Of a DNA stretch of 64,000 nt, positions 37,000 to 51,256 are shown in pieces. Origin of the DNA: Marsupella aquatica (taxonomy: Eukaryota > Plantae > Marchantiophyta); assembly GCA_973895155.1 (NCBI GenBank), contig OZ316892.1, positions 18,156,357 to 18,220,356 of the forward strand, read 5' to 3'. Both the position numbers and the translations under genes were made by a program. The first letter of the stretch is position 1. Every line of letters begins with the position of its first letter. A model generated the notes under the pieces. The model was not told where the DNA came from, ran no database searches, and saw only the letters and a list, made by a program, of their open reading frames with translations.

Positions 37000-37885
37000 G
37001 TTGTTCTAGCCCAATGTCTATGTGTTCAACAAAAGATGTTGAGGTGAGAAAAGATGTCAAGATGATGAAAAGTTGTCAAGATGATGAAAAGATGTTGATG
37101 AGAGAAAAAGATGTCGAGGTGAAAAACAGATGTAAATACGAGGAAAGATGTGAGGAGAGAAAAATGTGAGGGTGAGAGAAAGATGTTGTGGTGTGACAAA
37201 GATGTCATTTTGAAAATGAATGGTGAGATGAGAAAAAGTTAAGACAACAAGGTGAAAAAAAGACATTGTGGGTGGGAATGATGTCATGGTGTGATAAAGA
37301 TGTCAAGGTGAGAAAAAGAAGGCAAGATAAGAAAATCATATGGGTGTGAAAATCTCATCATTTTGGCACAATAAGTTTATAAATATTGATGCACATTTTC
37401 TAGATGTTTGAAGGCATAACAATGCTAAAAATTCTCTTTTTCTCCCTTTCTCCACTTTCCCCACATTCTAGTATGCCTTCATGTTCTAACTTTTTCTCTT
37501 TTCTTTGGTTTTTCCTTTATCTCCTCCCTCCCTCTTTTCTTCCTGCCAGCCAGTTTCTCTCTACCCTCCCCATCATCTGGATCGCATCAAAGTTTAATGG
37601 GAGCATAATACTTGGTAGTACATTCTAGTACAATTCATATTCATGATAAAATCAGGTACATTTGTCCTATGTGCATGTACTTTGGGTAGGTGTACCTTGA
37701 ACCTCCTAGGATGCCAATTGGTTTGAGAGAGACAAGACGATGATATATTTTATTTGCATATGATGGTGGGAAAAAATCATCAGTCCAATGGACAATCAAG
37801 ATTAGATCTCGCCTTTTTTAATTTTTGTAACTGGATGAAGGACTAAATTAGGCGTGATTCAGTATTATAGTTGTAGATGGGCAGC
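37000..37885 (+). repeat. Dispersed repeat, copy B (homologous to 13050-13860)
   Basis: Same motif order as copy A, with an expanded (gatgt..aggtgagaaaa)n tract. Confidence 0.65.
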
Positions 37886-38995
37886 CAGGTCCAACACCAA
37901 CAAGAGCTTTGCCCATATGAAGACTTAATCAATCTTCCTGTCCCTCCTCCTCCTTTGTGCTACATCCTTCACCCTCCCTAACGCTATATTTTGCACCATC
38001 TCGACGCCATTGCATATTTCTGAATGTGGTGGTATGATTTTCTACTACCTACCCTGAGATACAGGACCAGGTTGTGCAATCCCATCACTATTGCATTCAC
38101 TTTGTTCAGTCAAACCTTCACCAAGATCAAATGTTTTTAGGTTTGTCCATAGTTGAGATTTGTTGATAAGGATAGAACATTTAATACAATGTACCACCTG
38201 TCATGAAGCAAAGTTGTCTCAATTTGCAGTTGGGGTTACCTCTTGCAATCAGTAAAATAGAAGCTGCTATATGGTGAACGCCATCTAGCCTGTCTTGTCT
38301 TATTAGAAGAAGAAGTTCTGAATTTTCTAGTCTATCATTTCACTTTGCATTGGTTTGAATTTAACAATTTTTCTAACTGCTTTAATTATTTTAAATCCAT
38401 GATTTTCATTTGATATGTTAGGTTTTACTATGATAGCTTATCATGTGTTTGATGAGATTTTTATTCTATTATTCCTTTGCTATTGCATGACAAGGCTAGA
38501 GTACAAAGTAACATACTTCTCTATCAACCACAAAATATTATACCCCTATGGTACATTGACTTATAAATTATGTAATTGTCTTTCACCAGAAAAGTACGGT
38601 AGTTTATTTTAAGGTGTGCATTTTTATTCCATTGATTTTTTTTGAATCACTCTTTTAAATCATCGGTTCTTACCGTGGCATTTTTACGAATCTTACTGAC
38701 TACAACTAAGCAACTGCACAAAGGGAATTGGGTCTTACGCGTAACATATAACTGCGGGGGAACGTGTGATCAGGAAATCGCTGCGTCAACGTGAGTGACA
38801 ATCACTATCGTCCTACATTCTAATGTGCGAGTGTCTTTACACTTCCACTGTAGGAGGAGTCGAGTGGTCGAGTTTTCTCAGTACTCAAGAGTATGTTTCC
38901 ATATCTCACGCTTGGAGAACAGAGATCCCTCGATTTCTCGAAGCAACAGAGAAGAGAGGACGGGCAGAGAGTAGACGAAAAGAGCAGAGCAAAGC

Positions 38996-40154
38996 ATGAC
39001 AGACTACTATAAGATATTGGGAATCGCCAGAAACGCATCGGCGTCGGAGGTGAAGTCGGCTTTTCGCAAGCTTGCATTCAAACATCATCCAGACAGACAC
39101 GCCAATTCGTCGGAGCACCACCAGGAGGCATCGAACCGGCGATTCAAAGAATTGGTGGAGGCATACGAGGTTTTGGGCGACGAGAAGAAGCGGAACCTGT
39201 ACAACAAAGTGGGGCGGGCGGGGCCGGGGTTCGCGTATGGCAGCGGGGGGACGCAGGATGCTTACAGGAATGCTGCCAGGGGAGGATATGCCCAGGGCTC
39301 TTACCAGGGTCGTGGCTTCAATCCCGCCAGCAGCGGGAGAAGGACGGCGTCGCCGTTTAATTTTCGGTGGAAGTTTTCCTTTGGATTTGGCCGAGCTGAC
39401 TACATTTTTCACGGCCTAATTTTCACGTGGGCTCTTTCTCTCTGTGGACTCTAAAGTAAATTCTTGCTGCCCTAGATCCGTGTTTCTTTCGACGTTTGTA
39501 TTGCTCCTGGCCACACTCAAATTTGACGCAGCGAGAGGAAATACTGACCATCGAGCAATTGTCATCATCAGGATAGCTATTATCGGGCTCACAGCTGGTG
39601 GCCCGGCTGCTGACGCTCTTTGGAAGATGCGAAATAGCGGAGTGAGTACCCCCAAACTCGTATCTGACCCTGCTTTTTTTGGATTGAATTCCTTTTCCAG
39701 ACTATTCTCGAGTCGGCAGTTGAAAAGGAGTGAAGGAAATCTAGGCTGCCATGACCGAGGATATGTGTAGGATACAGTTGCTTCAGAGTTCAGAAATGTC
39801 CTTAGAGATCTAGTGAACCTGGGCTTTCCCTCTGGTCTACAGAATCAGAATTGAACGTCAAGGCAAGAAAACGCATTGTTTTGGCACATCTACGATCTTT
39901 TCTGATGGCTATCACGCCTTTCCATGGTAGAGACCTGTCTGTGCAGCTGATATCGGAAAAGTTGTTGACTGCAATGTGATTCGGGGAATATCTAAGTGAC
40001 TGCAGCAGTTGTTATGTGCGGATCTTCCATTTTGCAGAAGTCGTTTGAGGACACAATTGAGGCAGTGGAACGGAAGAAACAAGAACAGATTACGAGAGAT
40101 GGACCAGAGAGCAGTCCGACGCCTAAGGAGGATCAACTCTCAGGCAAGGCATGA
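38996..40154 (+). CDS. Small J-domain co-chaperone with C-terminal membrane anchor (DnaJ72-like)
   Basis: Exons 38996-39426, 39572-39641 and 40038-40154. J domain DYYKILGI...FRKLAFKHHPDRH...FKELVEAYEVLGD, then a hydrophobic segment and the DALWKMRNSG|KSFEDTIEAV tail typical of this family. Confidence 0.88.
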
Positions 40155-41129
40155 ATGTTCTTTTTCCCGGGTGCAGAGGGTATCAAAATCATATCTTCGA
40201 TGGACTTGCGTGAGGAAATTGATGTTCTCTTCCTGACAAGTCGAAGGTTATAATCGATCTGGAGCATCCGCAGACTGAACGGACATTTCATGAATCCTAA
40301 ATGGATAACCTGAAAGCACTCTTACTGCCGTGTTGTGATCTCACACTTTTGAAGTACGTATAGAGTAAAGCCTGCAATGCGGGTACATTTTTTGACGTCC
40401 ACTCAGACATTGGACTCACTTATCCTGGCGAAAGTGCAAAAATGACAGCATCACACATTGCCCAGTGGGGCTTATTATTTAAGTGAAGATTACGTTGTAG
40501 AGTGAAGGATAGGTACCTAATCAAGGCTCAGGCTTGAGATGGTTGCAAAACAAGATTGTTCGCAGAGTACTTCTTCTTCAATTTACTGCTCGAAGGCTCA
40601 TAAACAAGATTGTTCACTCAGCAAGTTCCTGGAGAAGAGTCAATTCTTGGTATGGTTGTGTGCCAACATGTAACACTACCAAGCTAGTGAGGGCTTTGGA
40701 GAAACAAGACTTTCTGACCACAGCAGGGTCAAATATCAGGTGGGTGACCAAGGGAAGCAATGAGTGCCGTGGTTGGGTGACCCAAGGAAACCATGGGTCG
40801 CTATGGTTAGGTGACCCAGAGAATACAGAAGGTGTCATGGTTATTGTTATAATCTACTATTTGAAGAGACTAATACAGCATGTCATATCGAGCACAATGT
40901 TTTGATGTGAGATTCACAAGGGGTTACAAGATTAGGTATCCTATAGAGCACACGTGAGAAGGCATAATGTTTGGATGTGAGGGTCACTCCATAACAAGCA
41001 TCAAAATGAAACGATGTGTTTTTTTTCACTACATTACAGGGTCTAATACATAGGACTGTCATATGTTAAAGAGACGGATTTGTAATTTTAATTATGTGAA
41101 TTATTATGTGGTCCCCTACTCTTTTAAAG

Positions 41130-41480
41130 TAGAGGACTTTTAAGGGCACCGCAACTCTTACAGGCACTGAAATAACGGACATTCTTCAAGGGGAGTTTGC
41201 TCAGATTGCCAAAACCTTTGGGATACACAACCAGAAGAGCAAGTGTAACAATTTTGAATGCAAGAATCAACACTTTCCTTGAAGTGGAATGGGATGATGT
41301 GTGTCCATGCCTGCAGCTCCTCGAGTCACTGATGTTTCCAAGATGATGTCCAAAGCAATAGAGTTGGTTATATCTGATTCAGCAAGACCCAGTTGCCCAA
41401 ATCGACTCTAGATTGTATTTTGGAGTTCCAAGCTACCTGAAAATAATTACTTTCCAGGAGTGAGCCAGTTTTTCTCTAAT
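41130..41480 (-). pseudogene. Possible decayed leucine-rich-repeat (NLR-type) gene fragment
   Basis: Minus-strand fragments LFSGSLELQNTI*SRFGQL and LVVYPKGFGNLSKL resemble LxLSGCxxLxxLPxxFGxLxxL repeats, with stops and frameshifts. Confidence 0.3.
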
Positions 41481-44050
41481 CCAACATTGAACATTAGTAA
41501 TCCAGTTAGTATTGATGTGAGGGTCACTTGAGATTAACACACCCAGCTACACTAAATACAATATTAGTGTGGGTTACTAACTAGCACGGATCTTCAATTA
41601 GTATGATTTGGCTTTGGAGTTGAAAACAAAACTCTCAATACATTATTTGATGTATGTGTTTCTATATCAGACCTGACAAAGTCAATTGAAAAAGGGAACC
41701 CCCTCTGTCAATGTGGATACTCTTGGTCCCTTCACAATCTAATAAATAAAGTGCAATAAAAAAAATTTCCCCAGGCAAGTTACATTCAAGGAATGAGTGA
41801 TCAGGCAGGAGTGATCAGTCTAGTGTCGAGTGAAATCAAACGTGTATTAGATTTCTTACAAGCATTAATCACAATTCATGCTATTTGTGATTCTATCTTT
41901 GGTTTGTAATTTTCAGGTATTTGTGGAGAAGAACACACAGTCAAGTTTTGCATTGGCTCATTATGGAATTCTTCCTCTGCTTTTACGAACTTAAAGCCGG
42001 GATAGACACAAATGTTTGTAGGGACAACCTGGATGGGCACTGCCTGTTGACATTGTAACACCAATCCCTAATGACACCCAAAATGGATTACAGGCGTATT
42101 ATGAACGGAAGCTAACCGAGATTTAGACATTACGTTAAGTATGTTTAACCTCCTCTGTTGCTCCTGCCTCGACACACTACGGGGAGAAACAACCAAAAAC
42201 TTCTTGCTCCCAGTCAGCTCCTTACAGGTCACCATTGGAGCACAAGTGAAAAGTGTGTTATACAAACACAATCTTAGGTTTATTGTGTGTCCATCCAGGT
42301 TATGTTTGTCCATCGGGGCTTTTTCTCAAACTGTTGTGTCTATCCCGACTTTAAGTTTCTGCTTTTACTAAAATTAGTAAAGGTGAAATCTCTAAGGCCT
42401 TAACTGTACTAACTTCATGCTACCAGAGCATTATAGACCTTAATAACTCCTCAAAAAAACAAGCTACAGTAGCCCCCTTTTTTTCAGGGCACTATGGCCC
42501 ACAGTGCCCTGTAATCACAACTTCTTTACATTCATAAGAACACGGTCCATGATCTAATTAAATTTGCCAAATAAGTATAATGGATTGAGAGGAGCAAATG
42601 TACCATTGCATTGAAGTTCATTAGGTTGGATTGTAGCACAAGTTCTACACATCTTAGAGAATGTAACTGTTTGATTTTTTTTCCAACACAACGTGCATGG
42701 TTCAGTTTGTTTTGTAAAACGCCCCACAAAAAGGATCAGATTTGCCTTGTTGACCTGGGTGACATTCTACTCAAATCTAGGAGAATATAGTGGTCGATAT
42801 TTATGTGCCAGAATCTGATGTCAATAACTACCTCTCAGGGCAAGGGACCTCCCTCCCAAATAATAACAAAATAATTAAAACAGAAAAAGGCTGGTCGGCA
42901 GTAGTTGCTACCGTAGGTTAGGTTAGGTTCAAGAAAAGACTTGAGTGTACATCTCCTGGACTTAATTAACAGTCCAGCAAGATGCATAAAGATTTGACAA
43001 GACCCCTGTGAGTGTCTATTTTGCTCAGGTCTTCATGGCATCTTATTCACAAGGGTCTGGTTAAGGGTCTGGTTAAGTCCACGAGATGCCAGAGGGGTCT
43101 TGTTAAGTATTTTCTTGGGTTAGGTTAGGTTTCGTGTGGGTTTGGTTTGGATGCGACGGAAAACCGTCTCTCAGCCCTTTGGGCACTTTTCAGTTTTCTC
43201 GTCCTCGCGCCCTATCTCGCGCCCAAACGACAGACAGGGAGGAAACGAACGTGTTTCGATTTTGGCTCTTTCGCGTCTCCCTCCCTCCCGTCCCTCCCTC
43301 GCCGCTCTTCCGATTCGGTCGCTTTCTCTCCTCGTTGCTCGCTGATGCTGTGGCTTTCTGAGACACCAAACTTTTATTAGTTCTAAACTTTTACGGACAA
43401 GCTAACGGACAGTGAGAGCGAGCGAGGATTGCGCGGGATTGACGAGTTTTGATTGGGGCCCTTTTGGACAATTTTGCCGCTTGCCCAGTGTTGTCTTCTC
43501 AACGAGACGAAAAAGAAAGAGAGAGTGGGGAGAGTGCGCGGCATCGTGTAGTTTTGATTGGGCCTTTCAGACAAGACGACGTTGCGCAAGCGCCGTGTCT
43601 TGTGTTTTCGACGAGAAGCGAAGGAAGAGACAAGAACTAACAAACTGGTGGCAGTCCTTTTCTCTCCTCCTTGCTTTCTGAGGGAAGACCCCGTACTACA
43701 TGTGAGGGTTGAGTCCCGTGTAGAGACACAGAAAGGAGTGCGGGGGATTTGAGTTTTTGGGACTATTTTTGCGGCCTGTCTTGTCTTTTCAACGAAAAGC
43801 AAAGAGAGAAAAAGGAAGTAACCAACTGGTGGGGAACAGGAGGAGCAGTGGGTACGACGCCTTCCTCGGGGCCGAGGGAAGGGTATCGAGAGGCTGGCAC
43901 GGATAGGGTCGGCCGACGATCTCTGCCGATCTGAAGTCTTGGTGGTCTACGATTCGGAGCAGCGCGTACGCGACATTTTCAGTTCCTAAGCGGCATTGAT
44001 TGACGCGGGGGTCTCGAGTCTCGAGTCGACAAGAGGCGAGACTGTGGAAA

Positions 44051-47000
44051 ATGATGCAGGTACGGTTTTTCGAATTTTCCTTTTGAGTTTCTTGTTTCTC
44101 TACGGCGAGGTTTTGCCGTCAGAACTGGGAGTGTTTTTCTGGAATGCATTCGCTTTTGTCCCGGAAAAAGGTCTTAGGGTGAGTTTCTGTTCATTGTCTG
44201 TGGCCGAACTGCGTTTGCCGACGACTGTCTTATGATTACTGAAGCCCCTGCTCGTGTAGAGAAACCCTCACAGAAGTAGAAAGTCGTGTGTATGAAAGGT
44301 TTAGAGTGGATTATATTTCTGGGCATATGTAGCTGTGCCGCACGCATTCTTTTTGCATTTCTTGAGTTCACTTTCTCCGTATTTTTTTGTTGCCCATGCT
44401 TGGACTTTCGCAGTCCGAAGGCATGTTTCAAAGGTGTGTGTGGCCTCCGAATGCATATTGAATTTCTCTGCGGTTCTCTAATGATGTAAAGAAAGTCTTG
44501 ACCGTCTGATATAATATGGCCCCTTTACCAGCACCTTTCTTATGCTGATGAGCTTCCCTCACCTCTTATACTTTTGTTTCTTGAAATGGCACATTATGGT
44601 CTCTGGGAGCACATTATGCGTCCGGAGGGCTGAGTTAAACAAATGTTCCTCTTTGCTCTTCTACGCAAGAGGGCTGGAGCAATCTGTGATCCAAGCCCCG
44701 GACTTCACGATTGTAGGATTGTTACACAGTAATTATCCCCTGGAAGAATATTAGTCGTTGGTGTCCTTGTTGTCAGTGTTTCTAACCGCTTTACGGAATT
44801 TCAAGGTTCTGGGTGGTGGCATATGAAAATAGGCATGTCATCTAAGTTTTTAGGTCTTCTTTCTTCTGGAAAACTCACCTGTATGGTATTTCGTTCCTGT
44901 TGACATTCATCACCCTTTAATTATCCACTAGATGGCCCCTTTTGCTTCTTTATTTTTGAAGTCCCGTTCGTGTGGAAGGAGGGACGTCAGTATTTATGGA
45001 TATACAGCCTGCCGCTTCTCTTATTATTCTCGATATTCCTGACGTCCCTGAATTCGTCTTGTTACACTTGTTTTATCTGATTTTGTCAGCCGGCGGACTT
45101 TCGAGGACAGCAAGGGTTGAAGCGTGCACGTACTGATGGTTGGTTTTCCTGGCCCTTCCAGAAGTTGCTTTCCTTGGTGCATATCAAGAACTAACTCGTG
45201 GAGACATTTCCTGAAATTGTCACAGTGCGTGTTTCACGCTCTAGGGGCAGTTAGAGCTACCTGCTGGTTGACAGGGTTCTGGCCCTTATGCACTAGATTT
45301 GGCCAGTGAATGGAAGTCACATGGCTTCATCTTACTCCCGTTGTATTTTGGAGGTTTTTTTTGTGTGGCAAAGTTTCCGGAGTTGGCTGATGTTAACTCA
45401 CGTCTGCTGCTTTTGTAGGGTCTTTGCTGTCTTAGCCGTCCGTGAATATTTAGGGTTGTACGGTGTTCCTGCAGGGTGTTGCCTATGGGGGGCTGTAGTG
45501 CAAAGTTGGATGTTGATCAACCGTTTTTTGGCTGATTGTTTTCCGTCTGCTTAAGCAGGGAATACTGCAGCCCGTGGTGAAGGGGACTGGACTTGTCCAC
45601 AGTGTGGAAATGTAAATTTTGCGTTTAGAACCACTTGTAATATGCGAAAATGTGGAGCGTCAAAACCATCAGATTCTGGGCAGGTATATTAAAGCTCGCT
45701 TCGTTTGATATACATTTCTTCCATGGTTGTTGTATATCGGTATGTTATGGTCGTACCACGAACTTGAATGGGGGTTGTGAGTTGAGAACTGACGAATTAT
45801 GTTTAGGCTAGTATTACCCACCTGATAAGGTTTGATGGTCTAATATATCCTGCGTAGTTGTCGTGATCTCGTTCATTCTCGATTTGTTGATCTCCTCTTC
45901 GAGTGTGGTGTTATCAATTTGCTGGTATGTACTGAAGTTGATGTACGGTTAAATAATGTATGGAGTAAAGTTTTGGACATACCGGGATAATTTCTTAGCA
46001 TGATTGTTTTCATGTGGGTCACAGAGGGCAATTGGGGGGCCTATGGTTGCTCCACCCATGTACGAACCAGCACCAACTCCTATGTACATGGGAGGGCCTG
46101 GGGCACCACCTCCGCTGCCAATGGCATTACCTGGAAGCTATGGTGCACCAATGCCTATTCCTCAGCAGGCTGTCACCTCTACAGTGCCTTATGATTACGG
46201 TCAACAGGTCAATACTGTAGCGCAGTACAACCCAATGCCAATGGCTGGATCTTTTGGGCCACCTGGAGCTGTACTTGGGGGAGGTAACTGAATCGTGTAT
46301 TGCCTTGTCATTTTTATCCACGAGATTTTAAGTTCCGTTAGAGGTCCCTGAAAAAGTTTCTGTGTGATCAGTTTTGGAAGATGTCTTGAGAAGTGACTGT
46401 GGGGAATTTCCAGAAACTGTCCTCATGATTTGCAGTACTTGGGAGAGTACCCTCATTGCATTCACATTAGTACTGACATTGCTATCCATGCCAAGGATCA
46501 TCTGTGTCATGATTTCATCTGTTTGTTAATGGTTGATCTGATCACACAAGAGTAAATTTCGCTAACGTGGCGATTTGACTGTTCTCGTTAAAGGTGACTA
46601 TGTGTACGGGACAGGTCCGGGTTATAGTACTGCTCCGGTGATGGATGGATATGGAATCAGCATGGGTCGTGGTCCCCCGGTAAACAGTCGTTCCATGCTT
46701 TCAGTCGTTTTCTTTATTTAGCTTGCCCGCACAAATAGCTTATCTAGGTTTGTCAAACGGTTGAAAGAGTATCCATTGTGAAAGGATGGGTTTCTGATTT
46801 TTCACCTTCATGCCGTAGATTGGAGGACCAAGAGGAGGAACTGTCCTCTATGGAGGAGAAGAGAATGGCTCACGGAAACGAAGAGCAGGTGTGTGTGGCC
46901 CCTTCAAAACTTTATATTCTCTTAGAAAGTTTTATCACTCCTACTTTTCAGCAGCTATGAAGCCATATTCTAACAAACTTATGGCGGAGAACTTGTGGTG

Positions 47001-48521
47001 CTTGCATTATATCCTATATTTTCCCCTTGTGTGAGTGATCAGGTCCTGATGGCTTTTCGGAAGGGGACTGGGTCTGTCCTAAGTGTGGGAATACAAACTT
47101 TGCATTTCGAACAACATGCAACATGCGAAAGTGCGGTGCACCTAAGCCTTCAGAATCGGTGAGTAATTTCCTTTTTAAGTAGTTTCCTTCTGTCTTGACG
47201 GTGAGGGCTGTCTGTCAAACTGGTTTGTGCTGTGTCCTTTTCTTGTTTTTAGGATCAGCAGAGAATTAGAAATAGCCTGAATTAGAGTTGAAGGGAAAAG
47301 GTCGATCCATCGGTGGGCTATTTGCTAAAAGAATAGGATATGCCATTTTGTTTTCAATTTCATCCCACCCTAGGCCAGTAAGTCTGACCACAATTCTTCT
47401 TCAGTACAGGAATCACTCTGTGCTAACCTTGCCATTAGTTTTCCATCGGACAAGTTAGGTTGTAACCGACTTTTGTCAAAATGATGTACTGTTCTCTTCT
47501 ATCTAGTGAAATTAGGGAAGCATCCCGTCAGGAAAGTCACGCAAAGATGTTGAAGTCAATGCAAGCTGCGTAGAGGTTCTTCATGTATGTCTTTCTGAAT
47601 TCTTTGGTGTTCCTCCCCTAAATTTTCCTATGGTTTAACAGGCCAGTCGATATGGAAATGGTCCGTCGTCAGTTCGAGCCCCTGCAACTTCTCGTAAGCA
47701 TAGACTGGGGCATTTCCGTTGTCCTTTCTGTTCATTCTATGTTTGAGTCAATGTGCCGAGTCCTGATTATGGAAGCCATCGATTCCCTCGGTCAAAAGGA
47801 GAGCATTCTCTAGAGTCAATCAAGGAAATGATACAGATATGGATAACTAACGCTCTTCACAAATATGTTTTAAAGTATGCGGCTTTTAGCCCGGTGCTAT
47901 GTGTAGTGTTAGTGTAATATTTGCGGGATTTAGAACAGATATTTTGCAATTTAATCCTTCATTTGTGTTATTTCTGGGTACTATTTCTTTCTATCCTGCT
48001 ATACGGGTAACCCGGTTGCTGCTTTTCAAGAAAACATTACTTAGAAAATTTGCATTAATGAACAGGAAAACTGAATGGCAAATCTTCGCTTGCAGAGGGT
48101 CCTCCACCAGATGGCAGCTGGACTTGTGAGGCTTGTGGAAACGTGAACTATCCATTTAGGATGAAGTGTAATCGCAGGAATTGTGGAGCCGATAAACCGA
48201 CAGAAGTGAAGCAGCCAGCAATCTCCAGCTCCCCTCTTCCTTCCGATCAGGTTTGTCATAGTCTTATGGTATTGTGCATATGGGAAAAGGTTATGTTGCT
48301 ACTGAGTGCTTTGCTATTTGACAGGCATAATGTTTGGGGTTGCAATATCTACCAATCCTTCCAACTATAGGTTTGTTGGCATGAAAAGTTCATTGTAGGT
48401 CCTGTCTTCAGAGTTAGGTCTTTGCATGCATATCTAATATGTGTAGCTTGCATTCGTAGAGTCATGCAGTATTGGCCCATGATGGATTCTTGATTCTTTC
48501 CTTCTGCAACTGTTCCAGTGA
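44051..48521 (+). CDS. RanBP2-type zinc finger RNA-binding protein with three fingers (At1g67325-like)
   Basis: Exons 44051-44059, 45090-45138, 45559-45683, 46025-46283, 46594-46679, 46819-46888, 47043-47158, 47642-47693, 48096-48250 and 48519-48521. N-terminal KRARTDG; fingers GDWTCPQCGNVNFAFRTTCNMRKC, GDWVCPKCGNTNFAFRTTCNMRKC and GSWTCEACGNVNYPFRMKCNRRNC. The first and last exons are less certain. Confidence 0.88.
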
Positions 48522-50989
48522 GTGCCCTTGTCGCACTGTGAGGGTGGAGGTCCAGAGTGGTCGTCGACAGTGCCATTTTCTACCATTCAATGGTGTGTCA
48601 GGAGTCAGTTTGAGGGGTCATATTGCGGCCGTCTTCTCTGCTGTCGTCTCGCGGTCAAGTATATTCAGAAGAGCTCGATATGGATTTAACAGCTGTCTAT
48701 GGATGGATTGACAAACCATGTCTGTGGCACCGTTGTCACGTCAGCGTCAGCGTCACCCAAGTGCAGCGTTCCTCGTAGGTCGGAGTTCCATGAAATGAGA
48801 TACAGTTATTAGGATCTTTCTTGCCATGTTGTGGATTTCTTCTTGTGCATTCAAATATGGTGGATTAGTCCCCTCGAATCGGTTAGTTAGGACCATTAAA
48901 CAGCTTCAATTTTGGGTCACTTTTTGCCTTTGGTTGGGGCAGTGCGTAGGAACTTGGTGTCATAGTTTGAAAACAATATGGTTGAAGTATGGTCACGAGT
49001 ACATTTCTTGAGGGATTCAAACATAGGTTTTCGTCTATCCGCGTTAAAAACCGTCTATACTTGTAGTGAAGAATCTGCATAATTTGATGTATTGAGCCAA
49101 GGTTGTGGATTTATCACCAGGCCAGTATGTAGGGAGATACTGCTAGATGGCGCCTAAATTATATTTGTACGAAAATTTGGAGTCTAGAGTAGTGTTTCTC
49201 GACAATGTGTTTCATATATCTGGTCTTTAGGCTTTATGGGATTTGTTTGCTCCAGCATCTTGAGTGTCAGGCTGTAGATACGAACCCCGGTTCTCCGTTT
49301 TACGTCTTCATCGTCGTGCTTAGAGGGATGTGGTGTCTTGAGAGCAAGAGATTCTAACAAATGATATATTCTGCTCCTTCTACCCAGTACTAGTGGGTTG
49401 TTTGTATATCTGAATGCTCTTATCTGCCGAGATCAATTGGGAGTACCGAAGGAAGCTGCTCAGAAGTTGCTGCTGCTATTTACAAGCCTCCTCTGGCTGA
49501 CTGGCATCAACTTAGGAGCCTAGTGAATATTAAATTTCTAATCCATTGCAGTTTCCCGGTAATTCGCATCTTCAGTTAGTATTGGTAGACTTTTCGGTTA
49601 GTTTGACTCGTCCCAGTGTGCTGTACTCCTTGCTAGGTTCTGGTACTTGACAAGCCACTAGTTTCGCTTATACCCAAGTATTTTTGCTCTTATTCTGGTT
49701 TAACTTTGTAGACTTTTGAGCTGCGAGTATGTAGTACAGGGATCCTTGTGTATTCACACCATGCAGCTAGTATGCTTCCTGACCCTATCAATCGCCTTAC
49801 ACCCTGCATTTTATCTGTTTTTTTCGTCTCAAATGAACATCTCCATGTCCAGGAGAAATTAGTTTAAAAGTGAACTGGAGTTTGGGTTGGAAGGTCGTTT
49901 CTGTGAGGAAGGGAGCAGGCTGAAGCAGTGGGCTTTTATGTGGGGAAAATAGTTATTTTGCTTGAAAGGCTTTTCTCACAGCCTCTTTATCTCTTCCTAG
50001 CAGCATGGAATGTGCTGTAAGTAATGAATGAGCCTTGCTCCTGATGTGAAGTTGATTCGTGTAAGTGTGCGTTGTGACAATTGTGCATTTCTCTGGTCCC
50101 ACGGATGTTGTCCCAGGGACAATGAGGTGAGCGTTTCTGTTTCTTCCAAGTTTGTGAGCGATCTCTGCTGTTTAGTCTGTGAAGAGTACCAAGCAGAGAT
50201 TCTGCAATGTGCTGTTGCTATAACGTCCTGCACATCTTGGAGGAACTTTATCAAGAACTGGTACCTCGTTGCAGCCAAGGTTGTCACTCAAGGGTGGTTT
50301 CATCAACGGTTTACCATTTGTCCTCACAAGTCGGATATTTCTTTGTTCGGACCTAAACAACCAAGGAAAAAGGAATCACTGTATCATTATTCTGTTGTGT
50401 CTCACGTCTGTCTAATGATATCGGGGTGGCGGATCTTTGAAATTCCATGAATCTCTACTGAGGCATTTCCAACCATCATCGGCTGGAAAATAAGGTCAAC
50501 TCGGAGGTCTGAAATGGATCTTGTGTATTTTCCAAGGGTGAGGAGAGTTCTACCTCCAAGTATGACGATTGGATTCATTAAACTGGTCAGTCTTTAATGT
50601 GAAGTATTTTCAACTCTTCACTCGACATTACATCAGGTGCTTTAAAATCAAATCAGGTACTCGTTAATGCAGGAGCCCAAAGGACAAAAATTCCACAAAG
50701 ACGAATCAAACTTCAGTTTTTTTTACTTCAATTCATCTGATCAGACTAGGTCTCTTACACTGAATAGCACTGAAAACCTCATTGCACCCATCATCTCTAG
50801 TGGAGCGTTATTTTATTTAGCACATGAAACACGGTAATGCATTAGGCCGGGACGTCTAAGATTGAACTGGCTGGACTTCCATAAGGCTGGAGAATGTTAA
50901 CAACTTAGCACCGCTTCCATGGGACTCGTTGAGATTCTCGTCCTCGTGATTGGTAAAGCGTGGATGGATGTTCTTCTAAGTTGCCTTTT

Positions 50990-51256
50990 CGGATGCCAGC
51001 GCCATCCGAGATTGGATGGAAATATTGCCAACTAGTGCAGATACCAAGTAAGTTACCAGCACTGTATCCGACCAGTGGAAGTCTGGACCTGGTCCAGTTT
51101 GCCGGAAAACATCTCAATAGTCCCCTGAAATTTGTTGTCATACTAGTACTTGGGATACATCGGCCTCAACGAGATGCTCAAGGAGGTGCTTTTCGGGTTT
51201 ACCAATAACTACTGTAGACTGCTGAAAATTTGACTTGTACATGCTTGTGAAAGGTG
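50990..51256 (+). mobile_element. Degenerate BED zinc-finger remnant of a hAT-type transposase
   Basis: SEIGWKYC ... AQGGAFRVYQ*LL ... VHACE resembles the plant hAT BED pattern DxGWxxC...GGxxRxxxHL...VxxC; disrupted. Confidence 0.4.

Noticed and set aside
49997-50450. 96-140-aa ORFs between the RanBP2-ZnF and apyrase genes
   Set aside because: No recognisable domain or exon chain.
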